Shown here: positions 1-14,554 of the stretch, piece by piece | Position numbering within the stretch: the first letter of the stretch is position 1 | Layout: every line of letters begins with the position of its first letter | Source: Gemmatimonadales bacterium | GTDB lineage: Bacteria; Gemmatimonadota; Gemmatimonadetes; Gemmatimonadales; GWC2-71-9 | Length of the DNA: 64,000 nt | Reading direction: 5' to 3' | Assembly (NCBI GenBank): GCA_025927545.1 | Contig: JAICLE010000006.1 | Coordinates: 11,040-75,039, forward strand | Program-made: the position numbers and the translations under genes | The notes under the pieces: model-generated | Told to the model about the DNA's origin: nothing | What the model saw: the letters and a program-made list of their open reading frames with translations, nothing else | Database searches by the model: none

Positions 1-1
1 G

Positions 2-583
2 CACCCGGCCGACCGTTCGCTCCCGGTGGACCTGGTCCGGATCGACGCCATCTACAATCCGGTCCGGCGCGCCAACTTTGCCGTCGCCGAGACCCGCGTC
101 GGGCAGCGCACCGACTACGACCGGCTGACGGTCCAGGTCGAGACCAACGGCACCATCAGCCCCGAGGACGCCATCGCCTACGCGGCGGCGCTCGCGCAGG
201 TCCACTTCCAGTACTTCGTGGACTTCGGCAAGGTGCCAACCATGCGCGATCCAGGGTCGGCGGGGGGCGCCGCCGACGGCGCCAATCTGCGCCAGCGGCT
301 CTCCCGGCCCATCGACGATTTCGGCCTGTCGGTGCGGTCGCTCAACTCGCTCAAGAACTCGAACATCCGGACCCTCAAGGACCTCGTCGAGTTCTCCGAG
401 GACGATCTGCTCAAGGTCAAGAATGTGGGCGAGAAGGCGCTGAGCGAGATCGCCGAACTCCTCGGCAAGGAAGACCTCAACTTCGGCATGGAGTTCGAGG
501 AGACCGACGGCGAACTGCGCGTGCTCCGGCCCGGTGTGCCGCCGATGGCCCACCCGCCGGCCGGCAGCGGCGAGGCGCTCTGA
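2..583 (+). CDS. rpoA: DNA-directed RNA polymerase alpha subunit, C-terminal part (5' end outside window)
   Basis: The frame is open from base 2. The translation carries the alpha C-terminal domain ([23 protein letters not shown]...[16 protein letters not shown]). Its stop overlaps the rplQ start (TGATG), as in the conserved rpoA-rplQ arrangement. Confidence 0.9.
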   Translation, partial: HPADRSLPVDLVRIDAIYNPVRRANFAVAETRVGQRTDYDRLTVQVETNGTISPEDAIAYAAALAQVHFQYFVDFGKVPTMRDPGSAGGAADGANLRQRLSRPIDDFGLSVRSLNSLKNSNIRTLKDLVEFSEDDLLKVKNVGEKALSEIAELLGKEDLNFGMEFEETDGELRVLRPGVPPMAHPPAGSGEAL

Positions 584-939
584 TGCGTCACCGCGCCAAG
601 GGACGGCAGCTCTCGCGCACGTCGAGTCACCGCCGGGCCCTGCTCAACAACATGGCCACCAGCCTGTTCGAGCATGGCCGTGTGGTCACCACCGAGGCCA
701 AGGCCAAGGAGCTGCGCCCGTTCGCCGAGAAGCTGATCACGCTCGCCCGCCGCGGCGACCTGCACGCGCGCCGGCTGGTGCAGCGGAAGATCAAGGACCG
801 CGAGACGCTCTCGCGCCTGTTCAGCGAGATCGGCCCACGGTTCGCCGCGCGGCCCGGCGGCTACACCCGCATCCTGAAGCTGGGCCACCGCGAGGGCGAC
901 GGCGCCGATGTCGCCCGCATCGAGCTGCTCTCCGAGTGA
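583..939 (+). CDS. rplQ: 50S ribosomal protein L17
   Basis: 118 aa beginning [28 protein letters not shown]...[17 protein letters not shown], a typical L17 sequence, directly after rpoA. Confidence 0.95.
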   Translation: MRHRAKGRQLSRTSSHRRALLNNMATSLFEHGRVVTTEAKAKELRPFAEKLITLARRGDLHARRLVQRKIKDRETLSRLFSEIGPRFAARPGGYTRILKLGHREGDGADVARIELLSE

Positions 940-965
940 CGGGGGCCCGGGCGGCCGGAAACGAC

Positions 966-991
966 AAAGGGGACCCAAGGGTCCCCTTTTT
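966..991. terminator. Bidirectional intrinsic terminator between convergent rplQ and rpmB
   Basis: AAA-GGGGACCC-AA-GGGTCCCC-TTTTT. The arms are perfectly complementary, with an A-run upstream and a T-run downstream, so it reads as hairpin plus U-tract on both strands. Confidence 0.6.
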
Positions 992-1022
992 CTTGGCCGG
1001 CGCACAACACCTCGGCGGGGCG

Positions 1023-1235
1023 TCAGGCACCGGCGGCCGTGGTCCTCGGAGCCTTCGCGACGCGGTTACTCTTCAGGCATTGCGTGCACACCCGGACGCG
1101 CCTCGGCGCGCCTTCGACCAGCACCCGGACGGTTTGCAGGTTGGGGTACCAGCGGCGCTTCGTGCGGTTGTTGGCGTGACTCACGTTGTTGCCGGTGACC
1201 GGCCCCTTGCCGCACACGGTGCACAGCCGTGCCAT
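1023..1235 (-). CDS. rpmB: 50S ribosomal protein L28
   Basis: 70 aa: [34 protein letters not shown]..., the L28 signature. An AAGGTGGA Shine-Dalgarno lies just upstream of the ATG on the minus strand. Confidence 0.9.
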   Translation of the reverse strand: MARLCTVCGKGPVTGNNVSHANNRTKRRWYPNLQTVRVLVEGAPRRVRVCTQCLKSNRVAKAPRTTAAGA

Positions 1236-1355
1236 AGTTCCACCTTCGGTGAGACGGACGGCCGGACGAGCGGCCGGTCTGACGTGAAAGTTCGAGTAGT
1301 CGCCGGCAATCCCGCTCGCCGGAAGCCCGTAAACCTAATCTCCCACGGCCGATGA

Positions 1356-6556
<5,201 letters not shown>

Positions 6557-6569
<13 letters not shown>

Positions 6570-7525
6570 GCGCGCGCGACCCCGCCTTTTCGCGGGCGCT
6601 CCGGCAGCGGGTGCGGGGCGAGGTACGGGAAGGGGAGCCGCTCGCGCGATATTCCACTTACCGCATCGGCGGTCCGGCGACCGTCGTCCTGCCGGCCACC
6701 GCCGAAGATGTGAGTGTGGCGATCAGTGCCGCGCACGAGGCCGGGATCCCGTGGTTCGCCCTGGGCCTTGGCTCCAACGTCCTCCTCCCGGACGCCGGGC
6801 TCGACGCGCTGGTGATCCGGCTGGGGAAGGGGCTCGACGCGCTCCGGCAGGACGGCCACTGCTGGACCCTGGGTGCGGGGCTTCCGGCACCGCTCGCCGC
6901 GCGCCGGACGGCGGGAGCGGGCTTCGCAGGCCTGCACGTGTTCGTCGGCGTGCCGGGCTCCGTCGGCGGCGGCGTCTACATGAACGCCGGCTGCCACGGC
7001 GGCGACTGGTCGGCAGTGGTCGAGCGCATAACCGTCGTCGACGCCACGGGCCGGGACCGTGTGCTCGGCCGGGCCGAGGTCCCGTTCACGTACCGGCGGA
7101 GCGGGCTGGACGGGAACGTCGTGCTCGAGACGGTCGTACGCCTCCGTCCCGCGGCGCAGGCCGAGCTCGACGAGCAGATCGCCGAAATGTTCGAGTGGCG
7201 GCAGCGCGGCACGCCGTTCAACCAGCCGTGCTGCGGCAGCGTCTTCAGGAACCCGTCCGGGCCGAGCTGGGAGCGGACCGACGGGCCGCGGACCGCCGGA
7301 CAACTGGTCGAGGCGGCCGGGCTCAAGGGCACTCGCGTCGGCGCCGCCGAGGTGTCGCCGGTGCACGCCAACTACATCGTGAACACCGGCGGAGCGACCG
7401 CCGCGGACGTGCGCGGGCTGATCGAGCTCGTCCAGCGGCAGGTGGAGGCTCGCGCCGGCGTGCGGCTCGAGCCCGAGGTGAAGCTGATCGGCGCGCGAGG
7501 GGAGTATCTCGGTGGGGAGTCCTGA
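6557..7525 (+). CDS. murB: UDP-N-acetylenolpyruvoylglucosamine reductase
   Basis: [25 protein letters not shown]...[15 protein letters not shown]...[15 protein letters not shown] match the FAD-binding MurB pattern. The start is uncertain (GTG 6557 or ATG 6524) and overlaps the carB 3' end. Confidence 0.85.
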
Positions 7526-7533
7526 GTCACGGG

Positions 7534-7621
7534 GTCGTGAGCCGTGAGTGTACGGCCCGGGAGCCTGGCGACCAGCTCACGACCCATGCCACGCGACTCA
7601 CGACTCACGACTAACCACGAC
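7534..7621. repeat. Inverted array of short repeats: 2x CGTGAG, then 3x CTCACG(AC) plus CCACGAC, in the murB / acetyltransferase intergenic region
   Basis: GTCGTGAGCCGTGAG (7534..7548) is complementary in 14 of 15 positions to CTCACGACTCACGAC (7597..7611). A further CTCACGAC sits at 7576..7583. GACTCAC is repeated in tandem at 7595..7608. Confidence 0.6.
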
Positions 7622-7622
7622 C

Positions 7623-8216
7623 ATGCCTGACTACTTCGCCCACGAATCCTGCTACATCGACGACGGCGCCACCATTGGCGCTGGGACGAAGATCTGGCAT
7701 TTCTGCCACATCATGCCCGGGGCCGTGATCGGCGAGCGCTGCAACCTGGGGCAGAACGTCGTGGTGATGAACGGTACCCGGCTCGGCGACAACGTGAAGG
7801 TGCAGAACAACGTCTCCATCTACGAAGGCGTCACCCTCGAGAACGACGTCTTCTGCGGCCCGAGCTGCGTGTTCACCAACGTCACCAATCCCCGGAGCCA
7901 CGTCCCGCGCCGGTCGGAATACCGGCCCACGCTCGTCCGCCACGGCGCTTCGATCGGGGCCAATGCCACCATCATCTGCGGCGCCACCCTGGGCGAGTTC
8001 TGCTTCATCGGAGCCGGTGCGGTGGTCCGCGGCGTGGTGCCGGCCTTCGCCGTGATGGTCGGCGTGCCGGCGCGGCGGGTGGGGTGGATGTGTCAATGCG
8101 GTGTCCGTCTCCAGTTGTCCGTGGACGGCAGCGGCGTGTGTGACGCCTGCGGGGCCCGGTACCAGGAGGATGGAGTGCTCCTCCGCCAGATTGACCCACC
8201 CGTCCGCGGCGGCTAA
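7623..8216 (+). CDS. Left-handed beta-helix (hexapeptide) N-acetyltransferase, WbpD/WlbB-like
   Basis: [48 protein letters not shown]... shows hexapeptide repeats typical of UDP-2-acetamido-3-amino-2,3-dideoxy-glucuronate N-acetyltransferases. It lies next to a DegT-type aminotransferase. Confidence 0.8.
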   Translation: MPDYFAHESCYIDDGATIGAGTKIWHFCHIMPGAVIGERCNLGQNVVVMNGTRLGDNVKVQNNVSIYEGVTLENDVFCGPSCVFTNVTNPRSHVPRRSEYRPTLVRHGASIGANATIICGATLGEFCFIGAGAVVRGVVPAFAVMVGVPARRVGWMCQCGVRLQLSVDGSGVCDACGARYQEDGVLLRQIDPPVRGG

Positions 8217-8273
8217 GTTGCACGGCTGCCGTGGGTTCCGCCTTGAACGCTGGCTTTCACATGGACCGCTCCG

Positions 8274-9389
8274 GTGAACGTACCACTGCTCGACCTGGTG
8301 GCGCAGTATCGTAGTGTCGAGGGCGAGGTGCTCGCGGCCGTCATGCGCGTGATCGAGCGCCAGGCCTTCATCATGGGTGCCGAGGTGACGGAGCTCGAGG
8401 CCGCCGTGGCCCGGCTCTCGCACGCGGCCCACGCGATCGCCTGCGCGAGCGGCACCGACGCCCTGCTTCTCGCGCTCCGGGCGCTCGATCTCAAGCCGGG
8501 CGACGAGATCATCACCACCCCGTTCACCTTCTTCGCCACCGCCGGCGCCATCCACAACGCCGGCGGGACGCCGGTATTCGTGGACATCGAGGCCGATACC
8601 TTCAACCTCGACCCGGCGGCGGTGGCGGCAGCCGTCACTCCCCGGACGCGCGCGATCATCGCGGTCCACCTCTTCGGCCAGATGGCCGCCATGGAGGCGC
8701 TGGTGCCGATCGCCGAGCGGCACGGCATCGCCCTCATCGAGGATGCCGCGCAGGCGATCGGTGCGCGGCGCAAGGTGGACGGCGCGTGGCGCGTCGCCGG
8801 CGAGCTCGGCACCGTGGGCACGCTGTCCTTCTTCCCCAGCAAGAACCTGGGGGCCTTCGGCGACGGCGGGATGATGGTGACGCAGGACGCGTCGCTCGCC
8901 GGGCGGCTCGGGCGCCTGCGCCTGCACGGCGGCAGCCGGCAGTACTACCATGACGAAGTCGGGTTCAACAGCCGGCTCGATACGCTGCAGGCCGCGGTGC
9001 TGCTGGCCAAGCTGCCCCATCTGGCCGGCTGGAGCGCGGCCCGCGCCCGTCATGCGGCCCGCTACACGGAGGCGTTCGTCGCCCATCCCGCGGTGTGCCC
9101 GCCGCGCACCGACCCGGCCAACGAGCACATCTACAACCAGTACACGATCCGCGTGCCCCGGCGGGACGAGCTGCAGGCCCACCTGCGCGCGAAGGGCATC
9201 GGGAGCTCAATCTATTATCCGCTGCCGCTGCACCTGCAGCCCTGCTTTGCCCATCTCGGCTACGCCGCCGGCAGCTTTCCGGTGAGCGAGACGGCATCGG
9301 CCCAGGTCATCTCGCTGCCCGTGTTTCCCGAGCTGACCGAGCCACAGCAGCAAACCGTGATCGACGCCGTACTGGAGTTCTACCCATGA
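8274..9389 (+). CDS. DegT/DnrJ/EryC1/StrS-family PLP-dependent sugar aminotransferase (WbpE-like)
   Basis: VPLLDLVAQYRSVEGEVLAAVMRVIERQAFIMGAEVTELE...SFFPSKNLGAFGDGGMM (the PLP-lysine region). GTG start. Confidence 0.85.
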   Translation: MNVPLLDLVAQYRSVEGEVLAAVMRVIERQAFIMGAEVTELEAAVARLSHAAHAIACASGTDALLLALRALDLKPGDEIITTPFTFFATAGAIHNAGGTPVFVDIEADTFNLDPAAVAAAVTPRTRAIIAVHLFGQMAAMEALVPIAERHGIALIEDAAQAIGARRKVDGAWRVAGELGTVGTLSFFPSKNLGAFGDGGMMVTQDASLAGRLGRLRLHGGSRQYYHDEVGFNSRLDTLQAAVLLAKLPHLAGWSAARARHAARYTEAFVAHPAVCPPRTDPANEHIYNQYTIRVPRRDELQAHLRAKGIGSSIYYPLPLHLQPCFAHLGYAAGSFPVSETASAQVISLPVFPELTEPQQQTVIDAVLEFYP

Positions 9390-10672
9390 GCATCGCCCAG
9401 GACCTGATCGCCAGGGCCGAACGGCGCGAGGCGCTGTTCGGCATCGTGGGGCTCGGCTACGTCGGCCTTCCGCTGGCCGTCGAGCTGGCGAACGCCGGCT
9501 ACCGCGTGCTCGGATTCGACGTGCAGCAGAAGGTGGTGGACGGCATCAACGCGGGCCGGTCGCACGTCAAGGACGTGACCAACGCCCAGCTTCAGGCCGC
9601 GGTGGGTGCCGGGCGGCTCAGCGCCACCACGGACACGGCCCGGCTGGCCGAGCCGGACGCGGTGTCCATCTGCGTGCCGACGCCGCTCTCCAAGTTCAAG
9701 GACCCGGACGTCAGCTACATCGTGGCCGCGACCGAGGCCGTGAAGCGGGCGCTCCGGCGCGGCCAGGCCATCATCCTCGAGAGCACCACCTACCCGGGGA
9801 CCACGCGCGAGATCCTGCTGCCCGCGCTGGAGAGCACGGGGCTCACGGTGGGGGAGGATTTCTTCCTGGCCTTCAGCCCCGAGCGCGTGGATCCGGGCAA
9901 TCCCCGGTACGGCACCCGCAACACGCCGAAGGTCGTGGGTGGCATCACCGCCGACTGCCGCCGCGTGGCGATGGCGCTGTACGAGCCGGCCATCGACACG
10001 CTCGTGCCGGTCTCGACCACGGATGCCGCCGAGCTGGTGAAGCTGCTCGAGAACACGTTCCGCAGCGTCAATATCGGGCTGGTCAACGAGATGGCCATCG
10101 TGTGCGACAAGCTCGGCGTGGACGTCTGGGAGGTCATCGAGGCCGCGGCAACCAAGCCGTTCGGCTTCATGAAGTTCTTGCCGGGTCCCGGGCTCGGCGG
10201 CCACTGCATTCCGATCGACCCGCATTATCTCGCCTGGAAGATGCGCGGACTCAACTACAAGACCCGCTTCATCGACCTGGCGGGCGAGCTCAACACGGAG
10301 ATGCCGCTGTTCTGGGTCCGGAAGGTGGCCGAGGCGTTGAACGGGCAGGGCAAGGCGGTCCGGGGCGCCTCGGTGCTGGTGCTGGGCATCGCCTACAAGC
10401 GCGACATCGACGACATCCGGGAAAGCCCGGCGCTGGACATCATCCGCCTGCTGGAGGGCCAGGGGGCCCGGGTGAGCTACTTCGACCCGCATGTGGCGGC
10501 CTTTTCCGAGGACGGGCGCGAGTTCCGCTCCGTGCCGCTCACGCCCGAAGCCGTCGCGGCCGCCGACTGCGTCATGATCGTCACCGATCACACGGCGGTG
10601 GACTACCGGATGATCCAGCGGAACGCACAACTGGTGGTCGATACCCGTAACGCCCTGCCCAAGGAAGCCTGA
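9386..10672 (+). CDS. UDP-N-acetyl-D-glucosamine (or -mannosamine) 6-dehydrogenase, WbpA/TviB-like
   Basis: ATG 9386 overlaps the upstream stop (ATGA). FGIVGLGYVGLPLAVELANAGYRVLGFD is the NAD fold, and GPGLGGHCIPIDP contains the catalytic Cys motif of nucleotide-sugar dehydrogenases. Confidence 0.85.
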   Translation: MSIAQDLIARAERREALFGIVGLGYVGLPLAVELANAGYRVLGFDVQQKVVDGINAGRSHVKDVTNAQLQAAVGAGRLSATTDTARLAEPDAVSICVPTPLSKFKDPDVSYIVAATEAVKRALRRGQAIILESTTYPGTTREILLPALESTGLTVGEDFFLAFSPERVDPGNPRYGTRNTPKVVGGITADCRRVAMALYEPAIDTLVPVSTTDAAELVKLLENTFRSVNIGLVNEMAIVCDKLGVDVWEVIEAAATKPFGFMKFLPGPGLGGHCIPIDPHYLAWKMRGLNYKTRFIDLAGELNTEMPLFWVRKVAEALNGQGKAVRGASVLVLGIAYKRDIDDIRESPALDIIRLLEGQGARVSYFDPHVAAFSEDGREFRSVPLTPEAVAAADCVMIVTDHTAVDYRMIQRNAQLVVDTRNALPKEA

Positions 10673-10673
10673 C

Positions 10674-11984
10674 ATGCACGTGGCGGTGATCGGAAGCGGC
10701 TACGTCGGCCTGGTGGCCGGCGCCTGCCTGGCGGAGACCGGCAACGACGTGATCTGCGTCGACAAGGACGCGGAGAAGATCGGACGTCTGCAGCAGAACG
10801 AGATCCCGATCTACGAGCCGGGCCTCGAGCCCATGGTGCGCCGGAATCAGGAGGAGGGGCGGCTCACGTTCACCACCGATCTGCCGGCCGCGGTGCGGGC
10901 CGCCCGGGTCGTGTTCATCGCCGTCGGCACCCCGCCGGGCGAGGACGGCTCGGCCGATCTGCAGCACGTGCTCGCCGTGGCGCGGGAGATCGGCCGCAAC
11001 ATGAATGACTCCAAGGTGGTCGTCACCAAGTCCACGGTGCCGGTCGGCACGGCGGAAAAGGTACGCGCGGCGGTCGGGTCCGAGACGCAGCAACCGTTCG
11101 CCGTCTGCTCCAACCCGGAGTTCCTCAAGGAAGGCGCCGCCATCGAGGACTTCATGAAGCCCGACCGCGTCGTGATCGGGGTGGACGACGAGGAGGCCAG
11201 GGCGGTAATGGGCGAGCTCTACGCCCCCTTCACCCGGCAGGGCGGCAATCGCGTCCTCTTCATGGATATCGCCTCGGCCGAGGTCACCAAGTACGCGGCC
11301 AACGCGATGCTCGCCACCCGCATCTCGTTCATGAACCAGATGGCGCGCTTCTGCGAACTGGTCGGGGCCGATGTGAACAACGTGCGGCTCGGCATCGGCT
11401 CCGATCAGCGGATCGGGCGCGCCTTCCTCTATCCCGGCCCGGGCTACGGCGGCTCCTGCTTTCCCAAGGACGTGAAGGCGATCATCCACACCGCCGATGC
11501 CCTCGGGCTCTCGCTCGACGTGCTCAAGGCGGTCGAAGACGTCAACGAGGCCCAGAAGCGGGTGGTGCTGCACAAGACGCTCAAGTACCTGGGCAAGGAC
11601 CTGAGCGGGAAGAGCGTGGGAATCTGGGGGCTCGCATTCAAGGCGGAGACCGACGACATGCGGGAGAGCCCGACGATCCCGCTGATCGACGGCCTGCTCG
11701 AGACCGGAGCCCGGGTGCAGACCCACGACCCCAAGGCCACCGACTCGGCTCGCGCCATTTTCGGCGACCGCGTCATGTACTGCGCCGACCCGTACAGCGC
11801 GGCCCATGGCGCCGACGCGCTGCTGGTCATGACCGAATGGCTGGTCTACCGGAATCCGGACTTCGAGCGCGTGCGGAAGCTGCTGCGCCGGCCGCTCCTG
11901 ATCGACGGGCGCAACCTCTACGATCCCGACCGCATGACCGCGCTTGGCTTCGAGTACCATGGCATCGGGCGGTCGCGTCGGTGA
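10674..11984 (+). CDS. ugd: UDP-glucose 6-dehydrogenase
   Basis: MHVAVIGSGYVGLVAGACLAETGNDVICVD...NPEFLKEGAAIEDF...GYGGSCFPKDV are classical Ugd motifs. Confidence 0.9.
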   Translation: MHVAVIGSGYVGLVAGACLAETGNDVICVDKDAEKIGRLQQNEIPIYEPGLEPMVRRNQEEGRLTFTTDLPAAVRAARVVFIAVGTPPGEDGSADLQHVLAVAREIGRNMNDSKVVVTKSTVPVGTAEKVRAAVGSETQQPFAVCSNPEFLKEGAAIEDFMKPDRVVIGVDDEEARAVMGELYAPFTRQGGNRVLFMDIASAEVTKYAANAMLATRISFMNQMARFCELVGADVNNVRLGIGSDQRIGRAFLYPGPGYGGSCFPKDVKAIIHTADALGLSLDVLKAVEDVNEAQKRVVLHKTLKYLGKDLSGKSVGIWGLAFKAETDDMRESPTIPLIDGLLETGARVQTHDPKATDSARAIFGDRVMYCADPYSAAHGADALLVMTEWLVYRNPDFERVRKLLRRPLLIDGRNLYDPDRMTALGFEYHGIGRSRR

Positions 11985-12949
11985 CCCGTGTCCTCGTCAC
12001 CGGCGCGGCGGGGTTCATCGGGTCCCATCTGGTCGAAGCACTCGTGCGCCGGGGCGACGAGGTGGTCGGGATCGACAACTTCGATCCGTTCTACTCCCGG
12101 GCCATGAAGGAGCGGAACCTCCGGACGGCGGCAGCCTTCCCGGGGTTCACGTTCCACGAACAGGACATGCGCGACGTGGACGCGCTCCGCGCCTGCCTCA
12201 CCCCGGACACGGTGATCGTGCACCTGGCGGCGCGGGCGGGGGTCCGTCCGTCGCTCGCCGATCCGGTCGGCTATGCCGAGATGAACGTCGCGGGTACCGC
12301 CGCGGTGCTCGAGGCGGCGCGGCGGGCCGGCGTGTCACGGATCGCGCTCGGGTCGTCATCGTCGGTATACGGCGACAGCACCCCGGTGCCGTTTCGGGAA
12401 GACGCAGCGGCCATCGAGCCGGTGTCGCCCTACGCGGCCACCAAGCGCGCGGCCGAGTTGCTGCTGCGGGCGGTGGCTCCGGTCTACGGCTTCCGGAGCG
12501 CCGCGCTCCGGTTCTTCACCGTCTACGGTCCGCGGCAGCGGCCGGACCTGGCCATCCATGCGTTCGCGCGGCGCCTGGTGGCCGGGGAGGTGATCACGCT
12601 CTTCGGCGACGGCACCCAGGCGCGCGACTACACCTACTGTGACGATATCGTCGCCGGCGTGACCGCGGCCATCGACTGGACCTCGACCGCGCCGGTCGGC
12701 ATGGAACCGTTCAACCTGGGCGGCAACCGCGTCGTCGCCACCGGCACCATGCTCGACGAGATCGCCGCGGCGCTTGGAATCGTGCCGCGGGTGGAGTGGG
12801 CGCCGATGCAGCCGGGCGACGTGCAGCGCACCGCGGCCGACCTCACCAAGTCGGGAGCGGTGCTCGGGTACGCGCCCCGCACGCCGTTCCCCGAGGGGAT
12901 CCGGCGCTTCGTCGCCTGGTTCCAGGAGGCCCATGGCCGGACAGACTGA
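11981..12949 (+). CDS. NAD-dependent epimerase, UDP-glucuronate 4-epimerase-like
   Basis: GTG 11981 overlaps the ugd stop (GTGA). VLVTGAAGFIGSHLVEAL and SPYAATKRAAELL (YxxxK) identify an extended SDR. The specific function is inferred from its position after ugd. Confidence 0.7.
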   Translation: MTRVLVTGAAGFIGSHLVEALVRRGDEVVGIDNFDPFYSRAMKERNLRTAAAFPGFTFHEQDMRDVDALRACLTPDTVIVHLAARAGVRPSLADPVGYAEMNVAGTAAVLEAARRAGVSRIALGSSSSVYGDSTPVPFREDAAAIEPVSPYAATKRAAELLLRAVAPVYGFRSAALRFFTVYGPRQRPDLAIHAFARRLVAGEVITLFGDGTQARDYTYCDDIVAGVTAAIDWTSTAPVGMEPFNLGGNRVVATGTMLDEIAAALGIVPRVEWAPMQPGDVQRTAADLTKSGAVLGYAPRTPFPEGIRRFVAWFQEAHGRTD

Positions 12950-13640
12950 GCGGCTCCTGGCCCGCGCGCGCGACCGGTTCACGGTGCAGGATTACTACGG
13001 GGCGATCTACCTCCTGGAGGAGATCGTCGCCACCGGACGTGCGTTCGCGGACGTGCACCATCTCATCGGCGTGTCGCTCTCGCTGCTCGGCCGCCCCGAG
13101 GAGGCACTGGTCCAGTTTGCCCGCGCGCTCGAGCTCAACCCACGCTACCTCGAGGCGCTGATTCACCAGGGGCTGATACTGAGCGAGTTGGGCCGCTCCC
13201 ACGAGGCCGAGGAGGCATTCCGCCGGGCCGCCGAGAGCGTGGCGCCGCCCAGTGAGGGACTGCCGGCGCCGGTGGTCGGTCGGCTGGCCAACCAGCACGC
13301 CGAGCTGGCGGACGCCTACGCCGAAGCGGGGGCGCTGGGCCGGGCCATCGAGCAGTACGAGCGCGCCCTCGAGCTCGGCCCGGGCTTCCATGACCTGCGC
13401 TACCGGATGGCGCGGGTGATGCTCGAGGCCGGCCGCCCGCTCGAGGCCCGGGAGGCGCTGGAAGCGGTGCTGCTCGCCCGGCCCAACTTCGTGGATGCCG
13501 AAGCGGCGCTGGGTCTCGCCCACTTCCTTTCCGGTGATGGCGTCGGTGCCCGCGACGTCTGGCGCGCATGCCTCGCCCGCCGGCCGGAGAACGCGCGGGT
13601 CGAGGCCTACCTGGCGATGCTGGGACGCACCGGCGGGTGA
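12933..13640 (+). CDS. TPR-repeat protein
   Basis: ATG 12933 lies inside the epimerase 3' end. Repeated A/L/Y/G/P helical pairs are present (YYGAIYLLEEIV, ALVQFARALELNPRYLEALIHQG, LGRAIEQYERALELGPGF). Confidence 0.7.
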   Translation: MAGQTERLLARARDRFTVQDYYGAIYLLEEIVATGRAFADVHHLIGVSLSLLGRPEEALVQFARALELNPRYLEALIHQGLILSELGRSHEAEEAFRRAAESVAPPSEGLPAPVVGRLANQHAELADAYAEAGALGRAIEQYERALELGPGFHDLRYRMARVMLEAGRPLEAREALEAVLLARPNFVDAEAALGLAHFLSGDGVGARDVWRACLARRPENARVEAYLAMLGRTGG

Positions 13641-14554
13641 GCTGGAGCGGCGCACGGGGCGGGCTCGCGATTGTGCTGCTGGCTGTGGCCGCCTGCGGTG
13701 GTGTGCGCGACCACGAGCGGCTGGGCGATGAGGCATACGGTCAGGAGGACTGGTCCGCGGCCCTGAGCCAGTACCGGCTGGTGTCCGGAGACCACGCGGG
13801 CATATCGGCCAAGACCGGCGCCGCAGCACTACATGCCGGCGAGCTGCGCCAGGCGGCCGAGGCGTATTCGCGGCTTGCCGGACAGGATCCCACCCGGGCC
13901 GGTGAGGCCGCGGAAGGACTGGAGAACGTGGCCCGCGCGGCGGAGCGGGAGGGGAACGCGGACGTGCTCCGGGACGTCCTTGCCGGCCTCGCCGCGGTGG
14001 CGCCCGAGCGCCCCACCGGCCGGTATGCGCTCCTGCTGCTTGCCCAGCCCGGCATGGACTCGGCCGAGGCGGCGGCCGTGTTGCCGCAGGCCCTCGCGGC
14101 CGCTCCCACGTCAGGGTCGGTCGATTCGCTGCTCACCGTGTATGGCCGTGCCCTGGAGGCAACGACCGGGTGCGGACAGGCACTGCTCCAATACCGGGCG
14201 GTGCTCCGCCGCAGCCGCGACAGCAGCGTGCGTGCACCGGCCGGGCGCGGCGTTGCCGACTGCGCCTACGCGCTGGGTGTCCGGGCCGATTCCGCCGGGC
14301 AGCCGGAGAGCGCGGCGCTCTGGTTCGCCGAGTCGGCCCGGGTGGATTCGGCCAGCGCGACGGGCCGGCGCGCCCTCCTCAGGTATGGGGCGGAACGGCT
14401 CACGCAGGGGGACACCCTGGCCGCTGCCCTCGCCTTTCAGACGGTAGTCTCGGGCGGGACCGCCGATTCGATGGGGCAGGCGGCGGCGGCCCGCCTCGGG
14501 ACACTGGGAACGTCATCATCCGCGGGCGATACGGTCCGCACGGGAGTGCAATGA
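13637..14554 (+). CDS. Hypothetical lipoprotein, Ala-rich helical (TPR-like)
   Basis: GTG 13637 overlaps the upstream stop (GTGA). A lipobox-type signal is present (LAIVLLAVAACGG). I recognised no conserved enzymatic motif. Confidence 0.5.
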   Translation: MSWSGARGGLAIVLLAVAACGGVRDHERLGDEAYGQEDWSAALSQYRLVSGDHAGISAKTGAAALHAGELRQAAEAYSRLAGQDPTRAGEAAEGLENVARAAEREGNADVLRDVLAGLAAVAPERPTGRYALLLLAQPGMDSAEAAAVLPQALAAAPTSGSVDSLLTVYGRALEATTGCGQALLQYRAVLRRSRDSSVRAPAGRGVADCAYALGVRADSAGQPESAALWFAESARVDSASATGRRALLRYGAERLTQGDTLAAALAFQTVVSGGTADSMGQAAAARLGTLGTSSSAGDTVRTGVQ

